From: a virus
Taxonomy: Duplodnaviria; Caudoviricetes
Strand: one strand, 5' to 3'
Length of the DNA stretch: 64,000 nucleotides
Virus record (IMG/VR): IMGVR_UViG_2900261899_000001
Coordinates: 1-64,000 of that record
Shown here: positions 9,135-17,831 of the stretch, one piece after another
How the letters are laid out: each line of letters opens with the position of its first letter
Numbering within the stretch: the stretch's first letter is position 1
Made by a program: the position numbers and the translations under genes
Notes under the pieces: model-generated
The model's database searches: none
Told to the model about the DNA's origin: nothing
What the model saw: the letters and a program-made list of their open reading frames with translations, nothing else

Positions 9135-10302
9135 TCGTCGGGACGGCGTCGAGGCCCTTCTGGCCGTAGAACCGGAAGCCTTGGACCGCCCTCATATGGC
9201 CGCCATAGCCGACGGCAGAGATCGCCGCGCCCGTTTGGGGTTGGCACCGCGATGAGGCGTTGATCGAGGCCTTAGACTTTCCCTTGTGAACGCCGTGCAG
9301 CACGGCCGACAGCTGCCGCCAGCGCCGATCCCGACGGAATACGGCACACAGCTGCGGGTGCGAGGTGTGGAAGATCGTCGTCGTCTTGCGACCGGGTAGG
9401 CGGGCGAACTCGTCGCCCCGCTCCTGCATCGCGCAGATCTCGTTCAAGAATCGGAAGCCGACGCCGGCGCCTTGCCATTCCGGCATGACGACGAGGCGGC
9501 AGGCTCGGGCCTCTACAGACTTGCCCTTCACGTTCGATGCGACACCGAGATGGCAGACCAGTTCGCCATCCACCGTCCCGACGTAATAGCTCGCCCCGAC
9601 CATGCGGGGCAGTTTCAGATAGTGATGCGGCTCAAAGAGCGGCCAGTAACGTCCGTCGACCTTCCAGATTTGCAGATTAAACTGAGGTCGTCGAAGACGC
9701 CCCCTTGCGAAGGTCTTCTTCGCCGTGTCGAAAACCCAGTCGGGTTCCAGCCACTCGATCACGTCGTAGTGCGGCGTGAGCAGGACGACCTTGCGGTCAA
9801 GGAGCCGGCGCCATGACTTCGAGAAGGCCAGGGCACCGAATTTCGCGATCTGCCGGTCCACGACCGACGTGAACTCGTCGACCACCGCCGTGGCGGGTGC
9901 CTCGCAAATCAGGCGCGCGAGATCCGCGCGGAATTTCTCGCCGTTCGACAGCACCTGGTAGGGGCGCAGCCAGGTCGGCACCGAGCCGAGCCCGACCGAG
10001 CCCAGCGCCGCGGTGACGTCGTTGAAGTCGCCCCCGGGCGCCAGTGCGTCGACGATGGGGCGATCGTTCGGCCACTCGGGCTGCCACAGCGCCTCGGGGC
10101 CGCCGAACACCTTGCAGCCGATCGAGGTCTTGCCCGAGCCCGACGGCCCGACCACTACGCCGATCTGCCACTTGCCGTCGTCGATATCGAGGTCGGCATC
10201 GAGGTCGAAATCACAGCCCTTTTCTGCGTTGAAGAGCGAACGGACTCGGGCTGCACGGTAGCTCTGAAAATCAGAGCATCGGTTTCGAACTTGGATCTTC
10301 AC
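9097..10302 (-). CDS. ABC-type ATPase fused to a GNAT/Mom-like acetyltransferase domain
   Basis: GPSGSGKT Walker A, LSNGE signature, VVDEFTS Walker B. C-terminal FEPHHYL and RLVVMPEWQGAGVG acyl-CoA-binding motif. Confidence 0.85.
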   Translation of the reverse strand: MKIQVRNRCSDFQSYRAARVRSLFNAEKGCDFDLDADLDIDDGKWQIGVVVGPSGSGKTSIGCKVFGGPEALWQPEWPNDRPIVDALAPGGDFNDVTAALGSVGLGSVPTWLRPYQVLSNGEKFRADLARLICEAPATAVVDEFTSVVDRQIAKFGALAFSKSWRRLLDRKVVLLTPHYDVIEWLEPDWVFDTAKKTFARGRLRRPQFNLQIWKVDGRYWPLFEPHHYLKLPRMVGASYYVGTVDGELVCHLGVASNVKGKSVEARACRLVVMPEWQGAGVGFRFLNEICAMQERGDEFARLPGRKTTTIFHTSHPQLCAVFRRDRRWRQLSAVLHGVHKGKSKASINASSRCQPQTGAAISAVGYGGHMRAVQGFRFYGQKGLDAVPTIKLPKSKRSAPR

Positions 10303-10312
10303 CGGCGCCCCC

Positions 10313-10870
10313 TCACGTGGTCACGACCTTCACGGTCAGGCCCTCGCCCTGCAGCCGCTCGAACATCGCCTTCTGCTCGACCTCGTCCCCGCAGATGACG
10401 ATGACGCCGAACTGCTCCTGGTATTTGTCGTCGGGCGGATCCTCGATGCCGTCGTCCGGAGCGGCCTCGTCCGGGTCCAGCACCACGGAGATCTCCCCGA
10501 CGTCGAAGCCGGTCAGTCCGAGGTCGAAGTCCATGGCCTGAAGCTCCTGAAATTCGATCTTCAGAAGCTCGTTGTCCCACTTTGCCCAGTTGGCCGACTT
10601 GTTCGCCAGCAGCCGGAACGCCTTCACCTGCGCTTCCGATAGATCATCGGCGATCGCGACGGAGACTTTGGGCAGGCCGAGCTTCCGTGCTGCCTTCAGC
10701 CGAAGGTGGCCGTCAATGACCGTGCCGTCGGATTTGGCGACGATCGGTATGCGGAATCCGAACTCGCGGATCGCCGCACACATCTCGTCGACGACGTCAT
10801 CGTTCTTCCGTGGATTCCTCGCGTACTCAACCAGTCGGTCGATCGCCCATTCTTGGACCTTCAAGCTCAC
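10313..10870 (-). CDS. ParB/Srx N-terminal domain protein
   Basis: YARNPRKND...IREFGFRIPIV...IDGHLRLKAARKLG...RLLANK. Confidence 0.9.
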   Translation of the reverse strand: MSLKVQEWAIDRLVEYARNPRKNDDVVDEMCAAIREFGFRIPIVAKSDGTVIDGHLRLKAARKLGLPKVSVAIADDLSEAQVKAFRLLANKSANWAKWDNELLKIEFQELQAMDFDLGLTGFDVGEISVVLDPDEAAPDDGIEDPPDDKYQEQFGVIVICGDEVEQKAMFERLQGEGLTVKVVTT

Positions 10871-11555
10871 GCCAAACCTCCAGAAGCATCATGCGTGTCG
10901 CGTCTCGGCGCTCCGCGAGCATGCTTCGCCAAGCGAAGCGCTCCACCGGCCCGAACCCGAATTTTTCCGTTTCCACCAAGGCCATCTCGACCACCTTGTG
11001 GTGGCGGGTGCACAGCACGGCGAGATTCGGTTGGCGGTTGTCGAACGTGAGGCGCCAGGGAATGATGTGGTGGACCTGAAGGCGCTTCGTCGTCCCGCAC
11101 AGCCAGCAATACGGCGTCAGGCGAAGCGCCTCTTTGCGTACCTTGGCCCACTGGCTCCCGCGCCCAGTCTTTCGATCAGTCCGGCACAGGTGTCGTTCGT
11201 AGCAGGGGCGAGAACAGAAGCGAGCCGAGCTGTTCGTTTTGCCCGAGAGCTTGGACCGCGGCACCCGAAATGCTGTGTGGCAGGTCTCACAGACACGCTC
11301 AACCGATCTGGCCAATCGGGAGCACGTGACAGAGCAATATCGCCGTCCCGTGGAAGGCACAGTACGGAACTTCGTTCGGCAATGCTGGCAGCTTACGATG
11401 AGCGCGTGCCCGTCCGTGTGCTTCTTGCGGGTTAGCGCGCCCCTTGGGCCGCATTCCTTCGCTGCACATGGCTTGCATCGTAGAGCGATGTTGTCCTTTC
11501 GAACCGTCTCCACCAAGCCGCATGTGATGCATGTTCGAATACGAGTGTAGGGCAT
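10827..11555 (-). CDS. HNH endonuclease with Cys-rich zinc-binding N-terminus
   Basis: Several CxxC and YCSxxC motifs, then CWLCG...LQVHHIIP...NLAVLCTRHH. Lower GC. Confidence 0.8.
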   Translation of the reverse strand: MPYTRIRTCITCGLVETVRKDNIALRCKPCAAKECGPRGALTRKKHTDGHALIVSCQHCRTKFRTVPSTGRRYCSVTCSRLARSVERVCETCHTAFRVPRSKLSGKTNSSARFCSRPCYERHLCRTDRKTGRGSQWAKVRKEALRLTPYCWLCGTTKRLQVHHIIPWRLTFDNRQPNLAVLCTRHHKVVEMALVETEKFGFGPVERFAWRSMLAERRDATRMMLLEVWRELEGPRMGDRPTG

Positions 11556-11586
11556 CAGGCATTTTGCCTGGAAATGCTGCGTAATA

Positions 11587-11808
11587 CTACGAGACGACCA
11601 CTTTTCTCTTGCGCGGATTGAGTCGCCTTTCGAAAGACAGGACAGCCTCGAAAAGGTCGCCCCCGGCGTTTAGATCCGCCAGCATCGTATCGAAGTCACT
11701 GCGCCCGCGCGTGAGACGAATGAAGTCCGGCGGCGTGTAGATCCGCTCACCGGTCTCCGCGATCGTGATCCAGAAGCGCTTCTGGTACTTGGTGAGGGCG
11801 AAGCTCAC
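11587..11808 (-). CDS. Hypothetical protein
   Basis: Plausible composition and position. Confidence 0.5.
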   Translation of the reverse strand: MSFALTKYQKRFWITIAETGERIYTPPDFIRLTRGRSDFDTMLADLNAGGDLFEAVLSFERRLNPRKRKVVVS

Positions 11809-11917
11809 CGGCGCAGGACGATCTGCGGCGCTTCCGGAGAAGGCGCCGGCCGGGTAGGTTTGGTCATGGATAGTCGAAGCCTTTTATAGGCGGGAATTTG
11901 GTAGGTATCGATCGTTA

Positions 11918-12145
11918 TCAAGCCGTGATCGACTTTACCGCCCACATGACCGCCTCTTCGATTTTCGTCTTGGCGAGGCTGACTTCCCGGCTGTTGCCGA
12001 GGCCGTCAACGAGTTCGAGGAATTCGAGGCCTTTATCTTTTACCGCAACCATGTTGGCCTTCTCGGCATCATTGAGGACGCGGTACTGGTGGCGCACGGA
12101 GTTGTTCGCCGTCCGCTGATCGGAGGCGCTTTCGATGGAAGCCAT
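11918..12145 (-). CDS. Acb2/Tad1-like helical-hairpin protein (candidate immune-signal sponge)
   Basis: HQYRVLNDAEKANMVAVK and SREVSLAKTKIEEAVMWAVKSI. GAAGGA RBS. Confidence 0.65.
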   Translation of the reverse strand: MASIESASDQRTANNSVRHQYRVLNDAEKANMVAVKDKGLEFLELVDGLGNSREVSLAKTKIEEAVMWAVKSITA

Positions 12146-12193
12146 CTGGCTGTTCCTTCTGCTGAAGCCGGATCATCCACCGGCACGGATTAT

Positions 12194-12451
12194 TTATTGC
12201 TTCCGGAACCGCCCGAGCCGATCGCGCTGAGGCACCGGCTTCAGGTCACCGGCCTGGACCAGCACGGCGGCGCGGGGCTCGCGTAGCACCATCCCGAACA
12301 GCACCACCGAGAACGCCAAGAGTGCGACGAGTCCAAGGCTAGTGGCTTCGACCGGCGCCCAGAGCTGATCCCGCACGCGCTCCTCGACGGTCGCGTAGCA
12401 CAGGGCACCGATGATCGCGCCGACGGCGGCGGCGAGAGACGTGCGCAGCAT
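12194..12451 (-). CDS. Small membrane protein
   Basis: Two hydrophobic helices. GGAGG RBS. C-terminal RDRLGRF. Confidence 0.6.
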   Translation of the reverse strand: MLRTSLAAAVGAIIGALCYATVEERVRDQLWAPVEATSLGLVALLAFSVVLFGMVLREPRAAVLVQAGDLKPVPQRDRLGRFRKQ

Positions 12452-12463
12452 GGCGGCCTCCGG

Positions 12464-12844
12464 TCAGTGGGCGGTCGGCACGACGGCGGGCGAGAACTCG
12501 CCACACCAGTGCTTGTCGAGCGTGACCGGCCATTCCCCCGCGACGGTCTCGCCGAAAGTCGGCGCGAACCGGCGGCATTCGCCGCCCTTGCTCGTCACCG
12601 GCATGTAGAAGCGGCAGGCCGCGCAAGTCTCCGGCGCGTGCAGCGCGGTCAGGCCTAGAGCCGGCACGTCCTCGGGGCGGACCAGGCTTACGTTCGGCGG
12701 GGCAGGCGGCTCCGGCATCGGGTCGAGCGGGGCCGCTTTCGCGACGACCGGCGTGGGCGCCTGGGCGGCGAGGACGGCCGTGGCTGCGACCATGGCGAGG
12801 GTCGCGAGGCCGTTGAGACGCGACGGACGAAGGCGAGCGGACAT
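12464..12844 (-). CDS. Secreted Cys-rich protein (CxxC...C...WCGE)
   Basis: Signal-like N-terminus. CAACRFY...GECRRFAP...WPVT..KHWCGEF. Confidence 0.6.
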   Translation of the reverse strand: MSARLRPSRLNGLATLAMVAATAVLAAQAPTPVVAKAAPLDPMPEPPAPPNVSLVRPEDVPALGLTALHAPETCAACRFYMPVTSKGGECRRFAPTFGETVAGEWPVTLDKHWCGEFSPAVVPTAH

Positions 12845-13095
12845 CAGGCGTCTCCAGGTAAAGGATCGTCGAAGCCGCCCGGCGCGCTGTCGCGCTGCGG
12901 GATCGGCGGGGCGAGGCGCGCGAGCCGTGCGCGAATGACGGGGTCGGGCTGCCAGCCTTGGACGGCCGCCATGTCGACGTAGTCGCGCGAGCTGATGAAG
13001 CCGGCGTCGCACAGCGCACGCACGGTGGCTTGGTCGAGTGCAGGCGCAGCGGCGCGAGGGACCGCCTCGCCGATCGGGGCGTGGTGCTTACCCAT
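12844..13095 (-). CDS. Hypothetical protein
   Basis: Coupled to both neighbours. Confidence 0.5.
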   Translation of the reverse strand: MGKHHAPIGEAVPRAAAPALDQATVRALCDAGFISSRDYVDMAAVQGWQPDPVIRARLARLAPPIPQRDSAPGGFDDPLPGDA

Positions 13096-13294
13096 GGCGC
13101 TTCTCGCAAACGATCTTGATGTACCGGCGCTCGGCGCGATCGACGCCAAGGGAATCGGCGGCCACGACCTGACCGGCCATGCCGCATTCGGTCGGCATGG
13201 CGACGGGTCGGGTGACGACATCGAGGGCGGTGGCGCGGGTGCAGTCGGCGGGCGCCGTCGAAAACATGCAGACGAGGATGACGGCGAGCATCAC
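13088..13294 (-). CDS. Small secreted 4-Cys protein
   Basis: MLAVILVC...DC...EC...KIVC. Confidence 0.55.
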   Translation of the reverse strand: MMLAVILVCMFSTAPADCTRATALDVVTRPVAMPTECGMAGQVVAADSLGVDRAERRYIKIVCEKRHG

Positions 13295-13640
13295 GCGCTC
13301 CGAAGTTCGAGGACGGGCGCGCAGCGGGCTTGGATCGCGACTGCCCGGCGGGGAGGGCGGGCGGCTTCAGCGCGCCAGCCCGGATGCCCGCGATGATGAG
13401 GTCGAGGCGTGCGCGGCAGGCGTCGCGCTTCCGCCAAGGCGTCCGCGATGCGCCGAGCAGTCGGCAGACCTCGCCCTGGCAGGCCCGCATCTCCAGGCGA
13501 TAGCCGGTGATGGTCAGGTCCTCGTCGGCGGCGCGGGCCCGTCCCGGCAGGGGCAGGAGCAGGCCGAGACCGAAGCCGATCAGGGCGAAAGGAACGAGCG
13601 GGCGCAGCCCGCGGGGCTTGGATGCGAGCATGACGACCAC
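13291..13640 (-). pseudogene. Secreted Cys-containing protein with apparent frameshift near 13342
   Basis: The frame starting at 13640 runs into junk after LPAG. A shifted frame gives AVAIQARCAPVLELRSA-stop, whose TGA overlaps the next start (GTGATG). Confidence 0.4.
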
Positions 13641-13679
13641 CGAAGGGGAGGGCTGGTCCGGGCCGAGACCCGGTAGGGG

Positions 13680-13889
13680 TTAGCGGCGGGCGAAGTCGCG
13701 CCGGCCGGAATCGGCAAAGCGGCCGCGGGCCGGCTGAGCCGTGCGGCGCGGAGCCTGCGCGCGCTCGGACGCCCCGAGATCGAAGCCCTCGTCGTAGGAG
13801 GCCGGGCAGATCGTGGCGGCGAGCGCGACGACGCGCGACTTACCGTGCCGACCGCGCCAGCGGCCGACAGCGAAGGAGACAGAGCACAT
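13680..13889 (-). CDS. Hypothetical protein
   Basis: Position in a run of small minus-strand genes. Confidence 0.4.
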   Translation of the reverse strand: MCSVSFAVGRWRGRHGKSRVVALAATICPASYDEGFDLGASERAQAPRRTAQPARGRFADSGRRDFARR

Positions 13890-13922
13890 GGAGGTTCTCG
13901 CGGTGAGCGCCGGGGCGGCGGC

Positions 13923-14075
13923 TTAGTGGACCGGGTAGGATCGGGGCTTCCGGCCGGGGACGGGCTCGACCCGGCTGGTGAGGATGGCGACGATCGGCGG
14001 GACCTTCGGCGCCGGCGGAGCAGGGGGCGCCGGCGGCGCGGCCAGCACCGCGATGGTGAGGAGGGCGGGGATCAT
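13923..14075 (-). CDS. Small Pro-rich secreted peptide
   Basis: Manual ORF MIPALLTIAVLAAPPAPPAPPAPKVPP..., coupled by ATGA. Confidence 0.45.
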   Translation of the reverse strand: MIPALLTIAVLAAPPAPPAPPAPKVPPIVAILTSRVEPVPGRKPRSYPVH

Positions 14076-14278
14076 GCGGTAGCCCCGCGCAGGATGACGC
14101 GATCGGCGTCGCCGACCCGCATCGCGAGGTAGAAGGACAGCGGCTGGTAGCCGGACAGCGTGACATGCGGCGGGACGAGGTAGATCCCGTTCGGCAGCGG
14201 GCCGTTCTCGTCGAGCTCGGCCGCGGATGCCGTCGGCACCAGCAGCCAGGAGAACCAGCGCTTTAGAAAACCGGTCAT
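14072..14278 (-). CDS. Hypothetical protein
   Basis: ATGA coupling on both sides. Confidence 0.5.
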   Translation of the reverse strand: MTGFLKRWFSWLLVPTASAAELDENGPLPNGIYLVPPHVTLSGYQPLSFYLAMRVGDADRVILRGATA

Positions 14279-14547
14279 GCTGCCATCCTCATCGCGACGG
14301 GGCTGCCGCCGAGGTCGTCGGTCGGAATGCCGCGCGACGGCGCGACGACAACCGCCCAGCGATCGTGCCCGAGGTGCTCGCGGGCGTAGGCGCCAGCGCT
14401 CTCTTCGGATGAGAACAGTTCGGCCCGCTGGATGTCCTTGGCCCAGATGAAGGGCCGCCAGCCCTTGGCATGCTCGCCGACGGTGTCCGGCAGGGTGAGG
14501 TAGCGGACGGCGCGGCCGGCGCCGAAGCGGATTGCGAACGCGGCCAT
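14275..14547 (-). CDS. Hypothetical protein
   Basis: GGAGG RBS. Coupled. Confidence 0.55.
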   Translation of the reverse strand: MAAFAIRFGAGRAVRYLTLPDTVGEHAKGWRPFIWAKDIQRAELFSSEESAGAYAREHLGHDRWAVVVAPSRGIPTDDLGGSPVAMRMAA

Positions 14548-14870
14548 CAGGCCCTCCAGACTTGGCCGAGTGCAGCGGCGTAGGCACGCTGCGCGGCGAG
14601 GAAGGGCCCGCGCACGATGCGGGGGGTCACGCCGGAGAACGGAGCTTCGTCAGCCTCGGTCGGGGCGGCGACGATACGGGTTGCCTCGGCGACGTCGACA
14701 CCGCGCCGGACCTGCACGAGGCGGCGCATCGCCGGCAGCTCGGCGTGGGAGTGCACGAGCAGGATCGCCCCCTTCGCGGGGAGCGCGTCGACTGCTTTGT
14801 TCAGGGCGCGAAGGTGCGTTTGCTCGAGCGTGCCCGTGCGGGCCGCTGCCGAGCGATCAGGTGATGGCAT
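14547..14870 (-). CDS. Hypothetical protein
   Basis: Coupled. Resembles the 14940-15371 product (LNKAVDALPAKGAILLV vs LLATLDAVPNDGAIIVT). Confidence 0.55.
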   Translation of the reverse strand: MPSPDRSAAARTGTLEQTHLRALNKAVDALPAKGAILLVHSHAELPAMRRLVQVRRGVDVAEATRIVAAPTEADEAPFSGVTPRIVRGPFLAAQRAYAAALGQVWRA

Positions 14871-14939
14871 GTTGGGGGAAGCCGGATGCGAGCGTGCGTC
14901 AGACGCCGGGGGCGTCGCGAAACGAGGAGCCGGGCCGGC

Positions 14940-15371
14940 TCAGGGCTGGGCGTCACCGAAGACGAGGCTGCGGATCACTTCCGGCGGCAGCACCGCGCGG
15001 ACGCGGTCACTGATCGCGGCCAGGTCGGCCGACCGCTTGGCGGCGGCCCGTTCGAGCCGCTCGACCCGACGCTGCTGTGCGCGGACACGGTTCAGAACGA
15101 CGCCGGCCGGCCGGATGACCGGCAGCGTCTGGCCGGTGAGATGAGCGCGCTCGGCGTCCGCCGTTTCGGCGACGACGACCCAGACCCAACGCAGGGTCTC
15201 GATCTCGTACCGGTCCCGGAGCAAGCGGATGATGTACTCCGCCATCGCCTTCGACGTGGTGACGATGATGGCGCCGTCGTTCGGAACCGCATCGAGCGTC
15301 GCGAGCAAGGTGGCCCGGGCGACCGTGCGCTCAGCGGCGCGTGCCGCGCGCAGGGCAGGTGCAGTGCTCAC
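14940..15371 (-). CDS. Hypothetical protein
   Basis: GTGA coupling. Paralogue-like to the adjacent gene. Confidence 0.55.
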   Translation of the reverse strand: MSTAPALRAARAAERTVARATLLATLDAVPNDGAIIVTTSKAMAEYIIRLLRDRYEIETLRWVWVVVAETADAERAHLTGQTLPVIRPAGVVLNRVRAQQRRVERLERAAAKRSADLAAISDRVRAVLPPEVIRSLVFGDAQP

Positions 15372-15562
15372 GCGCGCATCCCCTTGTCGCCGACGAGTGA
15401 GCGGCGGGTGGCGCTCTCGATGTTGAGGCGGCGGAGCCGCTTCATGTTCGGCGGCAGCTTCCCCGGGTTGGCGCGCGCGAAGGCGATGGCCGCATTGTGC
15501 AGCTGAGCGCGCTGCTCGGCGACGGCCTTGATTTGCAGGATCTTGGGCATCCGTTTCCCCAT
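15368..15562 (-). CDS. Hypothetical basic protein
   Basis: Coupled to the downstream gene. Confidence 0.45.
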   Translation of the reverse strand: MGKRMPKILQIKAVAEQRAQLHNAAIAFARANPGKLPPNMKRLRRLNIESATRRSLVGDKGMRA

Positions 15563-15862
15563 GCGGAAATGACCCGCGAGCGGATGCGCGCAGGTCGAAA
15601 GCGGTCGTGACCGCGGTGGTGATGAAGGTGACCGAGTGGGCAGGGCCCGCGGCGTGCTATGTCAGCGGCCGGTGCGGTGCTCTCCCGAGTTGTCCCGAAA
15701 AGCCGTATGCGCCTGTGGCCACGGGAAAGAAGGAACCGGCTGCGCCGGCTCGCCCGCGTTCAGACGATCGGGGCGATCCAGAGCACGGTCGCGACGAACG
15801 CGGCGCCGAGAACCATCGTGGTCGCGAGAATCGCGGCCGAACCGCCGTCCATTGTCATGACC

Positions 15863-16927
15863 TTAGAGGAAGCCGCGGCCGGCGTGGTCGCGGAAAGCTT
15901 GGGCGCGCTGGTCATAGCCTTTGAGCGTCTGCACCTGGGTGTGGCGGGTCACGCTCATAACCTTCAGGACGTCGGCCCCTGCGGCGAGTGCCGATGTGAC
16001 GAAGCCGGACCGAAGCGAGTGCCCGGCGAAAAACTTCGGGTCGAGCCCGACCGCCTTGGCCCGCCCCTTCACGATCTCCGCGACGGCGTGATCCTTCAGG
16101 CGTTCTTCCGTCAGGTTGTCGCCCTTGCGGATATGACGAAACAGCGCGCCGGAGCGGATGCACGACGCGGCAAGCCATTCCTCCAGAGCCTTGACCGGGC
16201 GAAGCTTCGAGCCTGCGAGGACGGCCACCGACTGGCCAGCGCCCTCCTGGTCGGTCTTGGACTTGCTGATGTGAACGATCATGCCCTCGGGCGTGCGCTC
16301 GATGTGCTCGACGTCGAGAGCGACGAGCTCTGAGCGACGCAGCGCGGCGGCGAAGCCGATCGCGATCAGGGCCGCATCGCGCTTCCCGATCAGCGTGTCC
16401 GGCAGCCGTTTCAGCATGCGCTTCACGTGCTCGGCGGTTGCCGGCGCTTTCTTGTCCGGTTTGGTGCCGACGCGATTACGGATGCCGCGGATGGTCTTGC
16501 GCACCTTCGTGTCGGCAGTCGGCGGCTCCAGTCCGGTCGCACGATGCTTGAAGGCGATCGCGGCGGCCCGGGCGTCGATGGTCGCCGGCTTCAGCCCGCG
16601 GTCGGCGAGTTCAGCGAGGTAGGCCCGAACCGCTTCCGGGTGGGCCGGGAGGGCAAGCGCCCCGTGTTTCGTGCACCAAGCCTCGAACAGGCGAAACCCG
16701 GCCGCGTATTCGATGCGGGTCCGATCGGCCGTGGCGTTCTCGGCATAAGCCTCGGCGCTGGCGATCGAGGCCGCGAGTTCCGGCGAGACGATCAGCGCGG
16801 CGTGGGCCGGTGCCGGATCGGGCTCGATCGTCGCGATGATGGCCGGAACCGACTGAGCCGAACCGTCGCCGGAGGCCGGAATCGTGACGGCGCAGTCTTC
16901 GAGCATTCGACGCGCCTCCACGGCCAC
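15863..16927 (-). CDS. Cre-like tyrosine recombinase (probable dimer resolvase)
   Basis: N-terminal SAM-like domain, RDAALI.IGF..ALRRSEL, SKTDQ, GHSLRSG, TRH and terminal Y (LKGY). Confidence 0.9.
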   Translation of the reverse strand: MAVEARRMLEDCAVTIPASGDGSAQSVPAIIATIEPDPAPAHAALIVSPELAASIASAEAYAENATADRTRIEYAAGFRLFEAWCTKHGALALPAHPEAVRAYLAELADRGLKPATIDARAAAIAFKHRATGLEPPTADTKVRKTIRGIRNRVGTKPDKKAPATAEHVKRMLKRLPDTLIGKRDAALIAIGFAAALRRSELVALDVEHIERTPEGMIVHISKSKTDQEGAGQSVAVLAGSKLRPVKALEEWLAASCIRSGALFRHIRKGDNLTEERLKDHAVAEIVKGRAKAVGLDPKFFAGHSLRSGFVTSALAAGADVLKVMSVTRHTQVQTLKGYDQRAQAFRDHAGRGFL

Positions 16928-17081
16928 GGGCGCCGCACGGTTTCACGGTTCGGTTAACGGATTCTTACCGCCAAAGCAGGTATTTTCGGAGCCCTGGATA
17001 GGGTCCGCTAAGCCGAGTTTGCGGGGGTTAAATCCGCTACGCGCCGGGGCAGGGGACCTCAGGAATTTTTGAGGTCCGATT

Positions 17082-17564
17082 TCAGCTCGGAACGATCAAT
17101 CCGGACCGATCCGCCAGGGCCTGCTTTCCGGCCTCGGTCGAGGTGTCGATTTCGGGTTCCGAGACCGACCGAATGACGACCCCGAACAGGTCCAGAAGAT
17201 CCGCAACAGCCTCTGCCGCGGCAAAGGCATGCCCCGAAAGGTCGGCAGCGCGGCTGACGAGCAGCGTGCCGAAGCGACCGGCCTCGGCGGCACCGTAGAC
17301 GTTCGCGAAGCCCGGGCGGCTCGTCGGCTTCGCAACCATGGCACCGACGGCCTCGCGCACCACCTCGACCAGTTCGAGCCCGTGGCGCTCGGCGAAGGCA
17401 CGTACCGCCCGTTCGCCATCGACCGAGGCCGACCCGCCGGCGACGTAACCGATGGCCATCCGACGATGTGCGGCCGGCGCCGCGCGATGCGCCTGCCGCC
17501 TCACCTCGAAGTCAGCAAGCACCTTCCCATCGGGAAACGCGTCGCCGACGTAAATCTCGCTCAT
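17082..17564 (-). CDS. Degenerate serine-resolvase catalytic-domain protein
   Basis: AIGYV..., RPGF, TLLVSRAADLSG and GVVIRSVSEPEIDTSTEAGK match the resolvase fold, but the YxRVS and DRLxR residues are missing. Confidence 0.65.
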   Translation of the reverse strand: MSEIYVGDAFPDGKVLADFEVRRQAHRAAPAAHRRMAIGYVAGGSASVDGERAVRAFAERHGLELVEVVREAVGAMVAKPTSRPGFANVYGAAEAGRFGTLLVSRAADLSGHAFAAAEAVADLLDLFGVVIRSVSEPEIDTSTEAGKQALADRSGLIVPS

Positions 17565-17641
17565 GATTGCACCCGCTGTAGTGATCAGCGAGCAATATAG
17601 GCGATCTTAGCCGCAACGCCATTGTAGGATCCGAGACCGGA

Positions 17642-17830
17642 TCAATCCTCGATTTCTCGTAATGCAGCGGTCAAATTCAGGATCAACCTTCGGACCTTCG
17701 CCGCCGGCAGGTCGACACAAGTCTCTGCTGCACCGTCATCCGCCGACAGGATGATAACCCGATCTTGCAGCGACGGCGTCACGATCAGGCGGGACTCGTC
17801 GATCTCGATGACGGCTTCGGCAACGCACAC
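17642..17830 (-). CDS. Hypothetical protein
   Basis: Adjacent to the upstream stop. Confidence 0.45.
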   Translation of the reverse strand: MCVAEAVIEIDESRLIVTPSLQDRVIILSADDGAAETCVDLPAAKVRRLILNLTAALREIED

Positions 17831-17831
17831 G

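Noticed and set aside
9097-10302. Interpretation as an ABC transporter subunit
   Set aside because: No permease or binding-protein genes nearby, and it is fused to a GNAT domain.
12339-13290. C-terminal part of the 433-aa minus-strand ORF
   Set aside because: Low-complexity read-through over four better ORFs, explained by a probable frameshift.
15863-16927. Interpretation as the prophage integrase marking an att boundary
   Set aside because: No arm-binding domain, phage genes continue on both sides, and no tRNA or att duplication is seen. The Cre-like form and repABC favour a resolvase role.
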